The position numbers and the translations under genes are program-made. A DNA stretch of 64,000 bases from a phage, in the sequence record OZ346158.1, one strand, 5' to 3'. The notes below the pieces were generated by a model. The model searched no databases. It saw only the letters and a program-made list of their open reading frames with translations, and was not told where the DNA came from. Shown piece by piece: positions 19,309 through 28,591 of the stretch; position 1 is the first letter of the stretch; each line of letters begins with the position of its first letter.

Positions 19309-19335
19309 TGACAAGCTAACTTAAATCAGTATAAT
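19309..19335 (+). promoter_or_regulatory. sigma70-like promoter (TTGACA-16-TATAAT)
   Basis: Consensus hexamers upstream of gene 19388. Confidence 0.6.
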
Positions 19336-19387
19336 ACTAAGCACATAAACGGGAAAACTTCCCAGAACACCAAAAGGAGAAAACATT

Positions 19388-19738
19388 ATGAATACTTCCA
19401 TCACTATGACCGCCGAAGAAAAAGCCCTGCAGATCGCCGCTCTGAAAAAACAGATTGCAGAACTTGAAGACAAGATCGACAATTTTGAAATCGACGAAGA
19501 CAAGTACGACGATAAATATGATGAATGGTTAGACGAGATCTACGGCGAAATTATGATCGGAAACATTTCTTTTCTTCCGTCGCGTATCCTCAAGGAGCTA
19601 GATCCTATCGCTTACCGCTGCGGATTTAGCGACTACATCGACAGCCTGGATATTGAGGACGATGAAGAATACCAGGAATTACAGACAGAGTTAGAAGAAG
19701 CAAAAGAAGAGCTTGCAGAACTGGAAGAAAACGAGTAA
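19388..19738 (+). CDS. hypothetical acidic coiled-coil protein
   Basis: 116 aa, highly acidic (E/D-rich), RBS aaaggagaaaac. Confidence 0.55.
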   Translation: MNTSITMTAEEKALQIAALKKQIAELEDKIDNFEIDEDKYDDKYDEWLDEIYGEIMIGNISFLPSRILKELDPIAYRCGFSDYIDSLDIEDDEEYQELQTELEEAKEELAELEENE

Positions 19739-19788
19739 GATTATTTTTAGATGGCCTTGACTTCAGGGCCATCAATAAAGTAAACTTT
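19737..19788 (+). repeat. 48-bp intergenic cassette copy 2
   Basis: Identical hairpin plus AATAAAGTAAACT as copy 1. Confidence 0.7.
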
Positions 19789-19827
19789 ATACTGTTAACA
19801 CTGAACTAATGCATAGGAGTTAAAACC

Positions 19828-20073
19828 ATGGCAGCACTAATCACCAAATATTATGCCCCTACCAACACCAAAAGCGCCCGTATCATGGTAAAAGGCTTCG
19901 GACGTAAAAAGGTGTACACCTGGGATTATGCCTTAGACACGGAAGACAACTACACCAACGCGATGACCGATTTTATTAATGATCTGAACACGCGGATCTT
20001 GACAAATTATAAAATTACCGATATTGCCTATATAGGGGAAGGCGGGATCTGTTTTGTCGGTATCGTCAAATAA
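19828..20073 (+). CDS. hypothetical protein
   Basis: 81 aa; RBS ATAGGAGTTAAAACCATGG identical to that of gene 24445. Confidence 0.55.
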   Translation: MAALITKYYAPTNTKSARIMVKGFGRKKVYTWDYALDTEDNYTNAMTDFINDLNTRILTNYKITDIAYIGEGGICFVGIVK

Positions 20074-20148
20074 GCTGTTTTTTCGGTGGTCCTGGTAGCA
20101 GGGCCATCTATAAAGATAGTTTATCAATACAATGAAAGGAGAAAGTAC

Positions 20149-20502
20149 ATGATCAGCGGGGCAAGTTTTATTATTGGCGCTATTGCTACGGCTTTAATTG
20201 TAAACAAGATCCAATCTAAAAACGAAAAAGATAGCAACGCCCTTACAGAATACCCGTTTTGGGTATTCAACGACAATGAAGACTATATTATCAAGTACAA
20301 GAATGAGAAGGGCGACCAGGTAACACCTCGACCGATCCCGGCTTACAAGATGCAAGAAACACTATACCGCCTAAAGGCTGGAGGCGCAAAAATCGTAGAC
20401 TTTTGGGGATACGATCACACAGATCAGGAAGTTATAAAGCGCCGTATCCGGGCTATTCAGGCCAATATTGAAGTTAGCAAGGGGGGAATATATGAAGATT
20501 AA
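20149..20502 (+). CDS. hypothetical membrane protein
   Basis: ATG 20149 after gaaaggagaaag; N-terminal TM helix ISGASFIIGAIATALIV. Confidence 0.5.
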   Translation: MISGASFIIGAIATALIVNKIQSKNEKDSNALTEYPFWVFNDNEDYIIKYKNEKGDQVTPRPIPAYKMQETLYRLKAGGAKIVDFWGYDHTDQEVIKRRIRAIQANIEVSKGGIYED

Positions 20503-20689
20503 TTTTGAGAAGATTGTAAAGCGATCTCATGCTTCCGAAGAGCTGCCGGAACGCCGCCAGCGCAACAATAAACTGAATAAGCCAAAAAGATTTGGGAAGA
20601 TCTGGCGGAATCATTATGATCGCAAATTACCGGGCCTGCTTTTGGAACGTGAACGACAGGCGGAACGATACCGCCACAAAGGCAAATAA
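20492..20689 (+). CDS. hypothetical basic protein
   Basis: ATG 20492 after aagggggg; Arg/Lys-rich. Confidence 0.45.
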   Translation: MKINFEKIVKRSHASEELPERRQRNNKLNKPKRFGKIWRNHYDRKLPGLLLERERQAERYRHKGK

Positions 20690-20695
20690 CAACCA

Positions 20696-20725
20696 ACGCC
20701 CCGCCATTGTGCGGGGCTTTTTATT
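20696..20725 (+). terminator. rho-independent terminator
   Basis: GCCCCGC-CATTGT-GCGGGGC followed by TTTTTATTT. Confidence 0.7.
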
Positions 20726-20871
20726 TCTATCCTACAAATAGCGCCCCTGGTTGGCCCTGTAAGCGCCAAAAAGGCCCCACCTATGCAATCGCCCCCCCTT
20801 TAACCTGAAAACATCGCTTAGGGCCGTTTTATGGCGTTAAAAATATCATTGACAGTGATTTTATTTAAAGC

Positions 20872-20899
20872 TTGACATCTTAAACAGGTTAGCTATACT
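20872..20899 (+). promoter_or_regulatory. sigma70-like promoter (TTGACA-16-TATACT)
   Basis: Upstream of gene 20932; second TTGACA at about 20849. Confidence 0.55.
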
Positions 20900-20931
20900 A
20901 ACCACATCAAAGAGAGAAAGGAGTAAACGCC

Positions 20932-21192
20932 ATGCGTAAATTAAAAAATTTTGATAAAGTTGATGTTGTCCTGAATAATTTTTACTACTGCAACAACAAG
21001 GCCATTTGGTGGCGTGATAGTTCCACCGATAAAGTCAAGGCGCGCTTTCTCCAGGGGCACTGGCAAGGCCGCCCAGTGATTAAAATCATGGGGCAATTGG
21101 TAGCGTTTAAAAATTGCCGCCGTGTTGATGACGTTGAAGAGATCTTGAATATTTTACGCCACAATAATTTAAAAAATAGTGTTGACAAGTAA
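20932..21192 (+). CDS. hypothetical protein
   Basis: 86 aa; RBS aaaggagtaaacgcc. Confidence 0.55.
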   Translation: MRKLKNFDKVDVVLNNFYYCNNKAIWWRDSSTDKVKARFLQGHWQGRPVIKIMGQLVAFKNCRRVDDVEEILNILRHNNLKNSVDK

Positions 21193-21209
21193 ATCTCAAT
21201 AAGTATACT
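21182..21209 (+). promoter_or_regulatory. sigma70-like promoter (TTGACA-16-TATACT)
   Basis: Overlaps 3' end of gene 20932; followed by GGCGGGAAGTTTTCCCGCC hairpin and gene 21267. Confidence 0.55.
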
Positions 21210-21266
21210 TAAGCACACAGGCGGGAAGTTTTCCCGCCACTAACAAAGAAAATAGGAGAAAATATC

Positions 21267-21890
21267 ATGACCACCGTTAACATTACCACAGGTTGCAATT
21301 TATCTTTCGACGTGCTGACCGACGAACAAAAAGAAAAAGCTATTGAAATGGTCCGCGAAAGAGAAGAACACAGCGGAGAGGATTTTTTCGCAGAAAGTGT
21401 AATTGAATATTATAAAGAACAAGTTTTTCCAGAGTACGGCCTTGAAGATACCGATGTACATTGGTCCGGCTTTTGGTGTCAAGGCGATGGCGCGTCAATT
21501 AATGCTGAAAATGTAGACTTAGAGAAATTCTTGCGTAAAGTCAAGGCCCTGACCAAGTTCCGATCAATTCGTCACTTGTTCGGCACAATGCACGATGGCG
21601 AACTATCAGCCAGTGTTGAACGCGACAAGTACAGCCATTACAGCCATGAAAACACTGTAAGCGGATATATTGATACTACCTGGCTAGATCTGACCGCAAA
21701 ACAAGAAAATAAAGTAGAAGATCTGGAAGAGCTGATCACCGAGACGGTACGGGAGCTATCCCGCAAGGTTTATGTAGACCTGGAGGAGGCCTATCTTGAA
21801 CAGTTTACTACCGAAAACCTGATCGGCCTTATTGAAGCCAATGATTGGCGGTTTGATGTGGATGAATATGGAGAAATGAGTTTTTCATAA
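21267..21890 (+). CDS. hypothetical acidic protein
   Basis: 207 aa; RBS ataggagaaaat. Confidence 0.55.
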   Translation: MTTVNITTGCNLSFDVLTDEQKEKAIEMVREREEHSGEDFFAESVIEYYKEQVFPEYGLEDTDVHWSGFWCQGDGASINAENVDLEKFLRKVKALTKFRSIRHLFGTMHDGELSASVERDKYSHYSHENTVSGYIDTTWLDLTAKQENKVEDLEELITETVRELSRKVYVDLEEAYLEQFTTENLIGLIEANDWRFDVDEYGEMSFS

Positions 21891-21981
21891 ATAAAGTGTT
21901 GCAATAATCTAAAAACCTGCTATATTAAAACTTAAGGGGGAGAGATGACTTGCCCCCACACAAAACAAAGAGGAAAACATC

Positions 21982-22362
21982 ATGAAAAACACTACTAAAG
22001 CTATTGACACCGTTATGTTTAACCTGGTTACATTCCGTGAAGATATGAAAGATCTTCCACGTGAAACAGTGTGCGACCATATCGAAAACTATCGCAAACT
22101 AATCAAAGAGTTGCCTTTAAAACGTGACCAGTACGCGGCTAACGCTATGCTTAACGCCATGATCAAGAAAATGATTCAGTGCGATTTGACTTTAGCTTAT
22201 GATTATGCAGGTGGTCGTTTTGCAGTATACAATCAGCCCGTGCCTGGTATGAGCACCACAGAAGAATTGCACGCGTTAAATCTAAAACAAGACGTATGGG
22301 ATAACATGCCCCGCGTGGTGGTGTGGGCAGAAAGCGGAAAGATTTACGGCGATAATTTTTAA
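21982..22362 (+). CDS. hypothetical protein
   Basis: 126 aa; RBS aagaggaaaac; followed by terminator hairpin. Confidence 0.55.
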   Translation: MKNTTKAIDTVMFNLVTFREDMKDLPRETVCDHIENYRKLIKELPLKRDQYAANAMLNAMIKKMIQCDLTLAYDYAGGRFAVYNQPVPGMSTTEELHALNLKQDVWDNMPRVVVWAESGKIYGDNF

Positions 22363-22371
22363 TCAGGTAAC

Positions 22372-22398
22372 AGGCGGCATATTTGCCGCCTTATTGTT
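22372..22398 (+). terminator. rho-independent terminator
   Basis: GGCGGCA-TATT-TGCCGCC followed by TTATTGTT. Confidence 0.6.
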
Positions 22399-22426
22399 AA
22401 ACAGAACTGCAAAAGAGGTACATAGA

Positions 22427-22798
22427 ATGGAATTTATTATTTTGGCTGTAGTAGTTGCCTTGTTCAACGCCTGGATCGCTGGCAAGATAGGTAGATCCGC
22501 TTTTCTATGGTTTGTTATATCTATTTTCCTGGGAGTGGTTGCAACTATTGTATTGGTTATCCTTGCAATTGTTGACAAGGGGAATAATAGAAAGGGTAAA
22601 GTATTTTCAGACCTGTACGACGCTCAAACGTTTGTCAACGCCTATTATAGTGATCTTCCAGTCTCCCTACGTTGCAGCCTTGCACAACAGGTTTTCGATG
22701 AAGCTAAAACCAGAGATCACGCCCATGAGATTTGTTTAACTGAGGCGGATCGCCTATTTGAGAGGAATAGAAAATATGTGGACCAGCCGTTTAAATAA
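22427..22798 (+). CDS. hypothetical membrane protein
   Basis: ATG 22427 after aaagaggta; two predicted TM helices. Confidence 0.5.
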   Translation: MEFIILAVVVALFNAWIAGKIGRSAFLWFVISIFLGVVATIVLVILAIVDKGNNRKGKVFSDLYDAQTFVNAYYSDLPVSLRCSLAQQVFDEAKTRDHAHEICLTEADRLFERNRKYVDQPFK

Positions 22799-22851
22799 TG
22801 CCACGTTAATTAACCCCTTTAGTGAAGATTTGAAGCCAGCCGCCTGGCGGG

Positions 22852-23136
22852 ATGGATTCAATAACGAAAGCTTTATTTTCAGGCCTGATCTTAAGGAATT
22901 TTATAACAATGGATCGAACAACGACAGAGATAATTTTTCTTGTAATGTGCGTGGTGATAATACTCCTGGGGGCCATTGCAAACCACGTCACTGCTAACAG
23001 GAGGAAAGGGGAGACGATGACACCCAAGGATAAGCCCCGTACCGATAAGGCGCGCCGTGTTATGGTATGGCTTGAGATCATCGCCCTTGAAATATTGTTA
23101 GGCGTAGGGATGTATTTTATCGCTGTAAGTAATTGA
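22852..23136 (+). CDS. hypothetical small membrane protein (start uncertain)
   Basis: Hydrophobic segments; best RBS aggaggaaagg precedes internal ATG near 23016. Confidence 0.35.
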   Translation: MDSITKALFSGLILRNFITMDRTTTEIIFLVMCVVIILLGAIANHVTANRRKGETMTPKDKPRTDKARRVMVWLEIIALEILLGVGMYFIAVSN

Positions 23137-23276
23137 TAACGGCCCCGATCCCTGGGGCCTAACTTTTCAAATTTTTTTCTCCCTGAGTGTTGCAATCCGA
23201 TCCAGAATATGGATAATAACAATCAACGGGGAGACACTCCCCACCGCATAGACAAAGTTCCAAAAGGAGAAACAAA

Positions 23277-23477
23277 ATGAGCAACAATATCCGCGTTATT
23301 AACTTCAAAAAAGAAGAAAAAATTGCCGTGCTGATTGACGGTCAAGAAATCTTTAAAGGTGATTATGAAGATCATCAAACGGCGATTAGTATCACTCGCG
23401 TGATTGGTTACCATAATTTTTACCCTCAAGGCGCTGAGGCAGCAGTAAAACGAATTAAAGAGATTGTAGGCCTGTAA
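23277..23477 (+). CDS. hypothetical protein
   Basis: 66 aa; RBS aaaggagaaac; preceded by GGGGAGACACTCCCC hairpin. Confidence 0.55.
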   Translation: MSNNIRVINFKKEEKIAVLIDGQEIFKGDYEDHQTAISITRVIGYHNFYPQGAEAAVKRIKEIVGL

Positions 23478-23527
23478 AATTTATTTTTAGATGGCCTTGA
23501 CTCCAGGGCCATCAATAAAGTAAATTT
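23478..23527 (+). repeat. 48-bp intergenic cassette copy 3
   Basis: GATGGCCTTGACTCCAGGGCCATCAATAAAGTAAAT, one mismatch relative to copies 1 and 2. Confidence 0.7.
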
Positions 23528-23568
23528 AAACCCTGTTAAAATAATCAGTGCAAAAAGGAGTAATGATC

Positions 23569-23868
23569 ATGTTTATCCAGGCTAATAATCTTTATTTCTT
23601 TGATGGTCAGATCGTAGACGGCGTGGAGGTGGAAATCACCGGGTGCCCTGGCGGTCAGGTTATGACTTTTCGGAATAATGCCTTTGATGATTCTCATATC
23701 GTTATGAGAATGGAAGTTAGTAAGCTGGATGACAAGAAAACACTCATTGATTATTCCGTGAAAGATCATCCAGACTACCACATGATCTATGGTGATTTGT
23801 GCATTGTTGACCGTGACAAGGTGGGCGGCATTGTGATCGCTATTGTGAACGATGTTTTCTCAAACTAA
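23569..23868 (+). CDS. hypothetical protein
   Basis: ORF track 23548..23868; ATG 23569 after aaaggag. Confidence 0.5.
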   Translation: MFIQANNLYFFDGQIVDGVEVEITGCPGGQVMTFRNNAFDDSHIVMRMEVSKLDDKKTLIDYSVKDHPDYHMIYGDLCIVDRDKVGGIVIAIVNDVFSN

Positions 23869-23885
23869 TTTCAGCAGGTGATTTT

Positions 23886-24236
23886 ATGAAAGTAAAACTA
23901 TATTACCTTAATGAGCTTAACCCCCTTGCCCAGGTCCGCGCCATGGCTAATACCTTGATTTGTGAGAAATCTGTATATTGTGTTGAGCTTAACTCCATGC
24001 GTGAACGTCTCAAAGGTGGTTACTTTGACATCCATGCTGCAATCAACGGCCTGAATATGGAATTTATCCGCTTACGTAACAGCCGCCAGAATCTGGGAAG
24101 AATGGAACAAGATCCGGCCCACCTTCGTAAGCTGGTTATTGAAAATCATCTAATGTTTAATGCCGATGGTGATTATTACCATTTTCACCGTAAACGCTGG
24201 TACCGTAGCGGCAATATAGGAAAGAATGCAAAATAA
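23886..24236 (+). CDS. hypothetical protein
   Basis: 116 aa; followed by terminator. Confidence 0.5.
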   Translation: MKVKLYYLNELNPLAQVRAMANTLICEKSVYCVELNSMRERLKGGYFDIHAAINGLNMEFIRLRNSRQNLGRMEQDPAHLRKLVIENHLMFNADGDYYHFHRKRWYRSGNIGKNAK

Positions 24237-24271
24237 GGCCCCTGGCAGGGCCTGCAGCGATATAATCACAT

Positions 24272-24306
24272 AAAGGCTATGCGGTTGCATAGCCTTTATT
24301 ATTTTG
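24272..24306 (+). terminator. rho-independent terminator
   Basis: AAAGGCTATGC-GGTT-GCATAGCCTTT followed by ATTATTTT. Confidence 0.7.
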
Positions 24307-24444
24307 GCGTTACAGCGGCCCCCAAGGCGCTTAAAAAAATTTTTAAAGAAGTACTTGCATCAAGTCCTACAATATGGATAATAAAGGGTGTCGGGGGGGC
24401 GGTGAGGCCTCCAATCATTAACCGGATAGATAGGAGTTAAAACC

Positions 24445-24729
24445 ATGGCTATTGTTACCGTTGGCGATGTAGTAGAAATGGAAGCCAAATACTTAAAAGC
24501 TGGTATGCATATCATACGGAATGATCAAGAATTGTTATTAACCATGGTTGAATATAATCCCGGTCAGGATTATCCAAGCATTGACTACTTTTTCCAGTAT
24601 GTTGATGAAGAATTAAAAGAGGATGAGGCTTATCAGGGTGAATTTTGTAATTTCTTTTGCCCTGATGAGGTTGTAAAAGTTATCTATCAACCTGGCGTAC
24701 CTTTCCCGCTGCACGCTATCAACAAATAA
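24445..24729 (+). CDS. hypothetical protein
   Basis: 94 aa; RBS ATAGGAGTTAAAACCATGG. Confidence 0.55.
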   Translation: MAIVTVGDVVEMEAKYLKAGMHIIRNDQELLLTMVEYNPGQDYPSIDYFFQYVDEELKEDEAYQGEFCNFFCPDEVVKVIYQPGVPFPLHAINK

Positions 24730-24784
24730 ACCTGGCGGGGCCGAAAAGGCCCCCAATTATGAAAATAAAGAGAGGCAAATCATC

Positions 24785-25018
24785 ATGATGGAACAAATTA
24801 AACGCGCCGAGGCTATTAATGGCAACGTGATCTATTTTGTCAGCAAAAACGAAAAAGGCGTACCCTATGCGGCGGTAATAGTACAGCCTGACGGCGATTA
24901 TTGGTGTACTGTGTACGGCGCTTATTCTTTTGGGCGTCCAGTGCATGATAAAATTTTGAAAGTAGCGAACCCTACCGGGAAAAATATCACAGCAGAAAAA
25001 TTTTTTGAAAATAGTTGA
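24785..25018 (+). CDS. hypothetical protein
   Basis: 77 aa; RBS aaagagaggcaaatcatc. Confidence 0.55.
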   Translation: MMEQIKRAEAINGNVIYFVSKNEKGVPYAAVIVQPDGDYWCTVYGAYSFGRPVHDKILKVANPTGKNITAEKFFENS

Positions 25019-25042
25019 CATGACCATATAAGACTGTAGTAT
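25015..25042 (+). promoter_or_regulatory. sigma70-like promoter (TTGACA-16-TAGTAT)
   Basis: Upstream of a 59-aa ORF at about 25090..25269. Confidence 0.5.
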
Positions 25043-25779
25043 ATAAATCAAAGGGGCAAGCCCCACCAACCACAAAGAGGATAAAAATCATGGCTATTAT
25101 TGCAAAGACTGAGATCGTAGGCTTGGATTCTATTCTCCTCGCATATGAGGAAGCTATAGAAATGTATGTGGTTTCCTATGGTGAGTATATCCGTGAATAT
25201 AAATCTATTGATCTGGCTTTTGAATGTTATATTCGCCAGGTTAATAAAGCGTACGATGATTATCGTTAAAATAGTTTGAAAACAAACAACCATCTTACAA
25301 AGCATAATACATAAGGCGGTGGAATGGTCCGCCACCTGGAACAAGAAGAGGAAAACAAAATGAAACAGAAATTAATTGATGCGGTGATCCTGGTTATTGC
25401 CCTGGGTATTGGCCTGATTGCAACCATGGCTAATGTGATCTTGTCTTCCAACGGTATCGGGTGAGGTTGGCAAATGATCACTAACAAAACAGGCAAGCGG
25501 AATTTTTACTCAACTTACAGATCGGCAAGCCTGAGATCTGGTATTGCACTAAAACACCACGTGACGAAATGAAAGACTTCACCGCCACGCTGCAACGGGT
25601 AAAGATATCCATCACGCAGAAAAAGGCCTTGATAGTGGTGGAAGGTGAGATCCCTCAAACCGTTGTTATAGTTGAGCGTACAGCATAGTTTAATTTATAC
25701 CGATACCCGAAAATTAACCAACAAAGCATAAACAGGCGGTTACCGCCGCCTTAAACGTAGCAGAAAGAGGATAGACACA

Positions 25780-26064
25780 ATGAAAAAGATGATCGCAGTG
25801 GTTGCCCTGGTTGTTGGACTTAATGCGCCTGTAATGGCTAAAGAGCTGGCAAAAGAGGTTAATCTAACGGATATTCATGCCGTCAATCGAATCGGGGTTA
25901 CTTATCGCTTATGCCTTGCCGCTAAAACTTTTAAGGACGGCACGACAGAGTACTACGGATTCGAAGGTGTCCGGTGCGGTGAACTTGCTCGCGACCTTAA
26001 GGAAGATCCAGACCTGGAGGATCTGCCCATCACCGTAAACGGGAAAACTTACGTAAACCGTTAA
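25780..26064 (+). CDS. hypothetical secreted protein (signal peptide)
   Basis: N-terminus MKKMIAVVALVVGLNAPVMA is signal-peptide-like; RBS aaagaggat. Confidence 0.55.
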   Translation: MKKMIAVVALVVGLNAPVMAKELAKEVNLTDIHAVNRIGVTYRLCLAAKTFKDGTTEYYGFEGVRCGELARDLKEDPDLEDLPITVNGKTYVNR

Positions 26065-26212
26065 CCATGATAAAGATAATCATCACCTTGGCATCGTGGC
26101 GGGATCGCTGGCGCTCTTTCTCCTTATGGTTAGGTATGTGCTGATCGGTATTGTCCTGGTAGTCAGTGATCTATTGGAAACGGTTGGCACCTTGTTTTAA
26201 AGAGCGGTAAAA

Positions 26213-26404
26213 ATGAATATCGAACAAGTTAGAAAGGTATTGGCGGTACTGCGTTATCATAATCATAGAAAGGTCATAGACGATCCTGATTATGTCGATT
26301 CAAGCCTGGAAGGGGATACACTACAAGCCATAAGTAACATGCAAGAATTGCTAAAGCGCATGACAGAGAAAAACCGACCGGACTACATAGGCGAAAAAAT
26401 ATAA
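26213..26404 (+). CDS. hypothetical protein
   Basis: 63-aa ORF. Confidence 0.45.
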   Translation: MNIEQVRKVLAVLRYHNHRKVIDDPDYVDSSLEGDTLQAISNMQELLKRMTEKNRPDYIGEKI

Positions 26405-26615
26405 TCCTTATAAACTACAAAACAGGGCTTGCAATGGTCCTGTTTTTTGTTATACTTGTTTCACGGCAGGCGCCTGGCGACGGGGGAGACAATCACCGGG
26501 TGTGCCTGCTATATAAAAACTATAAAAACCGTTGACATCTGCCAGGTGGTGGGGTAGCATTTATCTCGAAGGGGGCAAAAGCGCCCACACAACAACCGGA
26601 AGAGAGGAAAACGCC

Positions 26616-26888
26616 ATGTTAAGCTGGATTAACCAAGAAGTTGAATCACGTTTCAATGCTATTTGGGATCTCATCGAAAAAGAGGACGGAACATCAAGCC
26701 CTTATCTCAATAATCTTGAATTCCATTTCGTGGAAGCGATGAACGCAGAACATGATCACGAAGGTGGTGCGGATGAATTCGCTAAAGGATATGGCTTCAA
26801 CAATGCCAACGAAATGATCGAGGCGGTTGTACTCCAGGCTGAGGAAGATTATCAATTAAAAACGCTTGAATTCTGCCGCCGTAAGTAA
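26616..26888 (+). CDS. hypothetical protein
   Basis: ORF track 26532..26888; internal ATG after gaagagaggaaaac; upstream TTGACA at about 26532. Confidence 0.5.
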   Translation: MLSWINQEVESRFNAIWDLIEKEDGTSSPYLNNLEFHFVEAMNAEHDHEGGADEFAKGYGFNNANEMIEAVVLQAEEDYQLKTLEFCRRK

Positions 26889-26950
26889 TAAGATAATGAC
26901 ACGGGCCAAAAGGCCCACTAAACAAAAACCACATAAAGAGGAAAAACATC

Positions 26951-27214
26951 ATGAAACGTCTTGATCAGCTCAAATTAGTTCAATATATGGCTTATCGTGT
27001 TCTTGAAGTCCAGAAAGGTAGCAAAAAAGAGGTTTGCGAGAAAGCTTATAAGATCTTCACTCGCAAAAAAGATGATTGGATGTTACGCCAGACCAAAAAA
27101 GCCGATATCTTGGGGTACCTGGAAGAAGAGATCCGGCTTGAAGAGCAAGAAGAGATCCGCCGCAGTGAGGCAGATTATCAGGCAGCTTGGGAAAACTGGA
27201 TGAATAACAAATAA
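26951..27214 (+). CDS. hypothetical protein
   Basis: 87 aa; RBS aaagaggaaaaac; preceded by GGGCCAAAAGGCCC hairpin. Confidence 0.55.
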   Translation: MKRLDQLKLVQYMAYRVLEVQKGSKKEVCEKAYKIFTRKKDDWMLRQTKKADILGYLEEEIRLEEQEEIRRSEADYQAAWENWMNNK

Positions 27215-27280
27215 TACAACAAGTTACATGGTCAGGGGCAATAAAGCCCCTTGATCACATAAAAATTATGCCATCCTTGG

Positions 27281-27309
27281 TTGACAGGGATCGGCAGTTT
27301 TGCTATATT
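27281..27309 (+). promoter_or_regulatory. sigma70-like promoter (TTGACA-17-TATATT)
   Basis: Upstream of gene 27359. Confidence 0.55.
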
Positions 27310-27358
27310 CTTTTTTGAAGGGAAGTTGTAAGAAAATTAACTAAGAGGTAAAAACACC

Positions 27359-27778
27359 ATGAACATTAAATCTAATAATCCGGCATATAGCTTTGATAAC
27401 GCTTTTTGTCACGGTCCGGCGGCGAAAGGATTCGAAATCGATGGTAAACTAGTTATTGTCAATGTTGACGGGGAAGAGGTTGCAGTATATCCGGTGGCAG
27501 ACGTTAAAAGCCGTCTACAATGCCGCATCGATGTTACCGCCTACCAGCTTGATCCGGTCCGGGTAGTTGCCCTGGTCCTGGAAGAAGAAATTAAAGCAAT
27601 GCACCACAGCAACAAGTTTATTGGTGACGCTCAAGATAATATGAAGGTGTGCCGCCATAAAGTTAATGAAGTGCTTAAAGAATATGGCTTTAAAGATCTG
27701 ATGATCAAACGTGAGGAAAAATTCCGCTACCGTAACGACCTGGCAAATCGGATTTTTGAAATATACGAATCATTATAA
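27359..27778 (+). CDS. hypothetical protein
   Basis: 139 aa; RBS aagaggtaaaaac. Confidence 0.55.
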   Translation: MNIKSNNPAYSFDNAFCHGPAAKGFEIDGKLVIVNVDGEEVAVYPVADVKSRLQCRIDVTAYQLDPVRVVALVLEEEIKAMHHSNKFIGDAQDNMKVCRHKVNEVLKEYGFKDLMIKREEKFRYRNDLANRIFEIYESL

Positions 27779-27796
27779 TTTCTTAACTGAATTATC

Positions 27797-27824
27797 AAGG
27801 GGCTTAAAGGCCCCTTTCTTTTTG
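27797..27824 (+). terminator. rho-independent terminator ending the + strand block
   Basis: AGGGGC-TTAAAG-GCCCCT followed by TTCTTTTTG. Confidence 0.7.
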
Positions 27825-28544
27825 TCTGCTCTTCTCCTACCATAAACGGCCCTACCTGGCAAGTGGAATAATTGACTAGCCATCAATCCCACATACTGTA
27901 CAAATATACATGGAAAATAACTATTGCATAATTTTTCATTGTGTGGTAGCAAGTCCATTTTTACCCGTTTTCTCTCCCAAAAGTGCACGTAATGCCGCTA
28001 TTGCACAAATTTTAACCTGATGCACATCTCCAATATCTTGTCAACAACTAAAAATCTTTATAAGTCATACACTTACACAGCATCGAAAGCGTGTTCTACG
28101 CGAAAAATCGAGTATAACTATAGCCGCCAGATCTCAGAATTCACGTACGCACGCCATTCTATAGCCTGCAAAGTATTTATTCCAACCACAGAATAACGGA
28201 ATAGTCAATACCTGCATAAAATAATTATTCGTGTAAACTGCATAACATAAATCAGCTCAGGTGTCAACATTTTTCGTAAACAGTCCGAAATTATCACGAT
28301 GAGTTATCATAAACAGAGAAATCTTTAGTCGTCTAATGTTTACTGTACATTACTATACTGACTGGAATCATTAGATGACTAATACAATAGAACAAATTAA
28401 TAATGTAATTATTTTACCTGTAACAATAAGGCAACTATGCAAACGAATGGCATGGCGCGACGGAGTCGCGACATAATATAAAAGCAGTAACCATCACCCC
28501 CGTGATAGTTTGTCTGCAAACTATTAATCAGATCATAGTTGCCT

Positions 28545-28584
28545 TGTATTTAGTTAATCATGACATAACAAGCAAGGCAACTAT
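28545..28584. repeat. 12-bp perfect inverted repeat ATAGTTGCCTTG / CAAGGCAACTAT with third copy at about 28429
   Basis: Read directly; hairpin or operator-like, at the 3' end of the - strand gene block. Confidence 0.6.
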
Positions 28585-28591
28585 AGATATA

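Noticed and set aside
27826-28591. tRNA gene cluster in the large non-coding zone
   Set aside because: I scanned for T-loop-like GTTCGAATC/GTTCAAATC and cloverleaf-compatible spacing and found none; a proper tRNA search tool would be needed to be certain.
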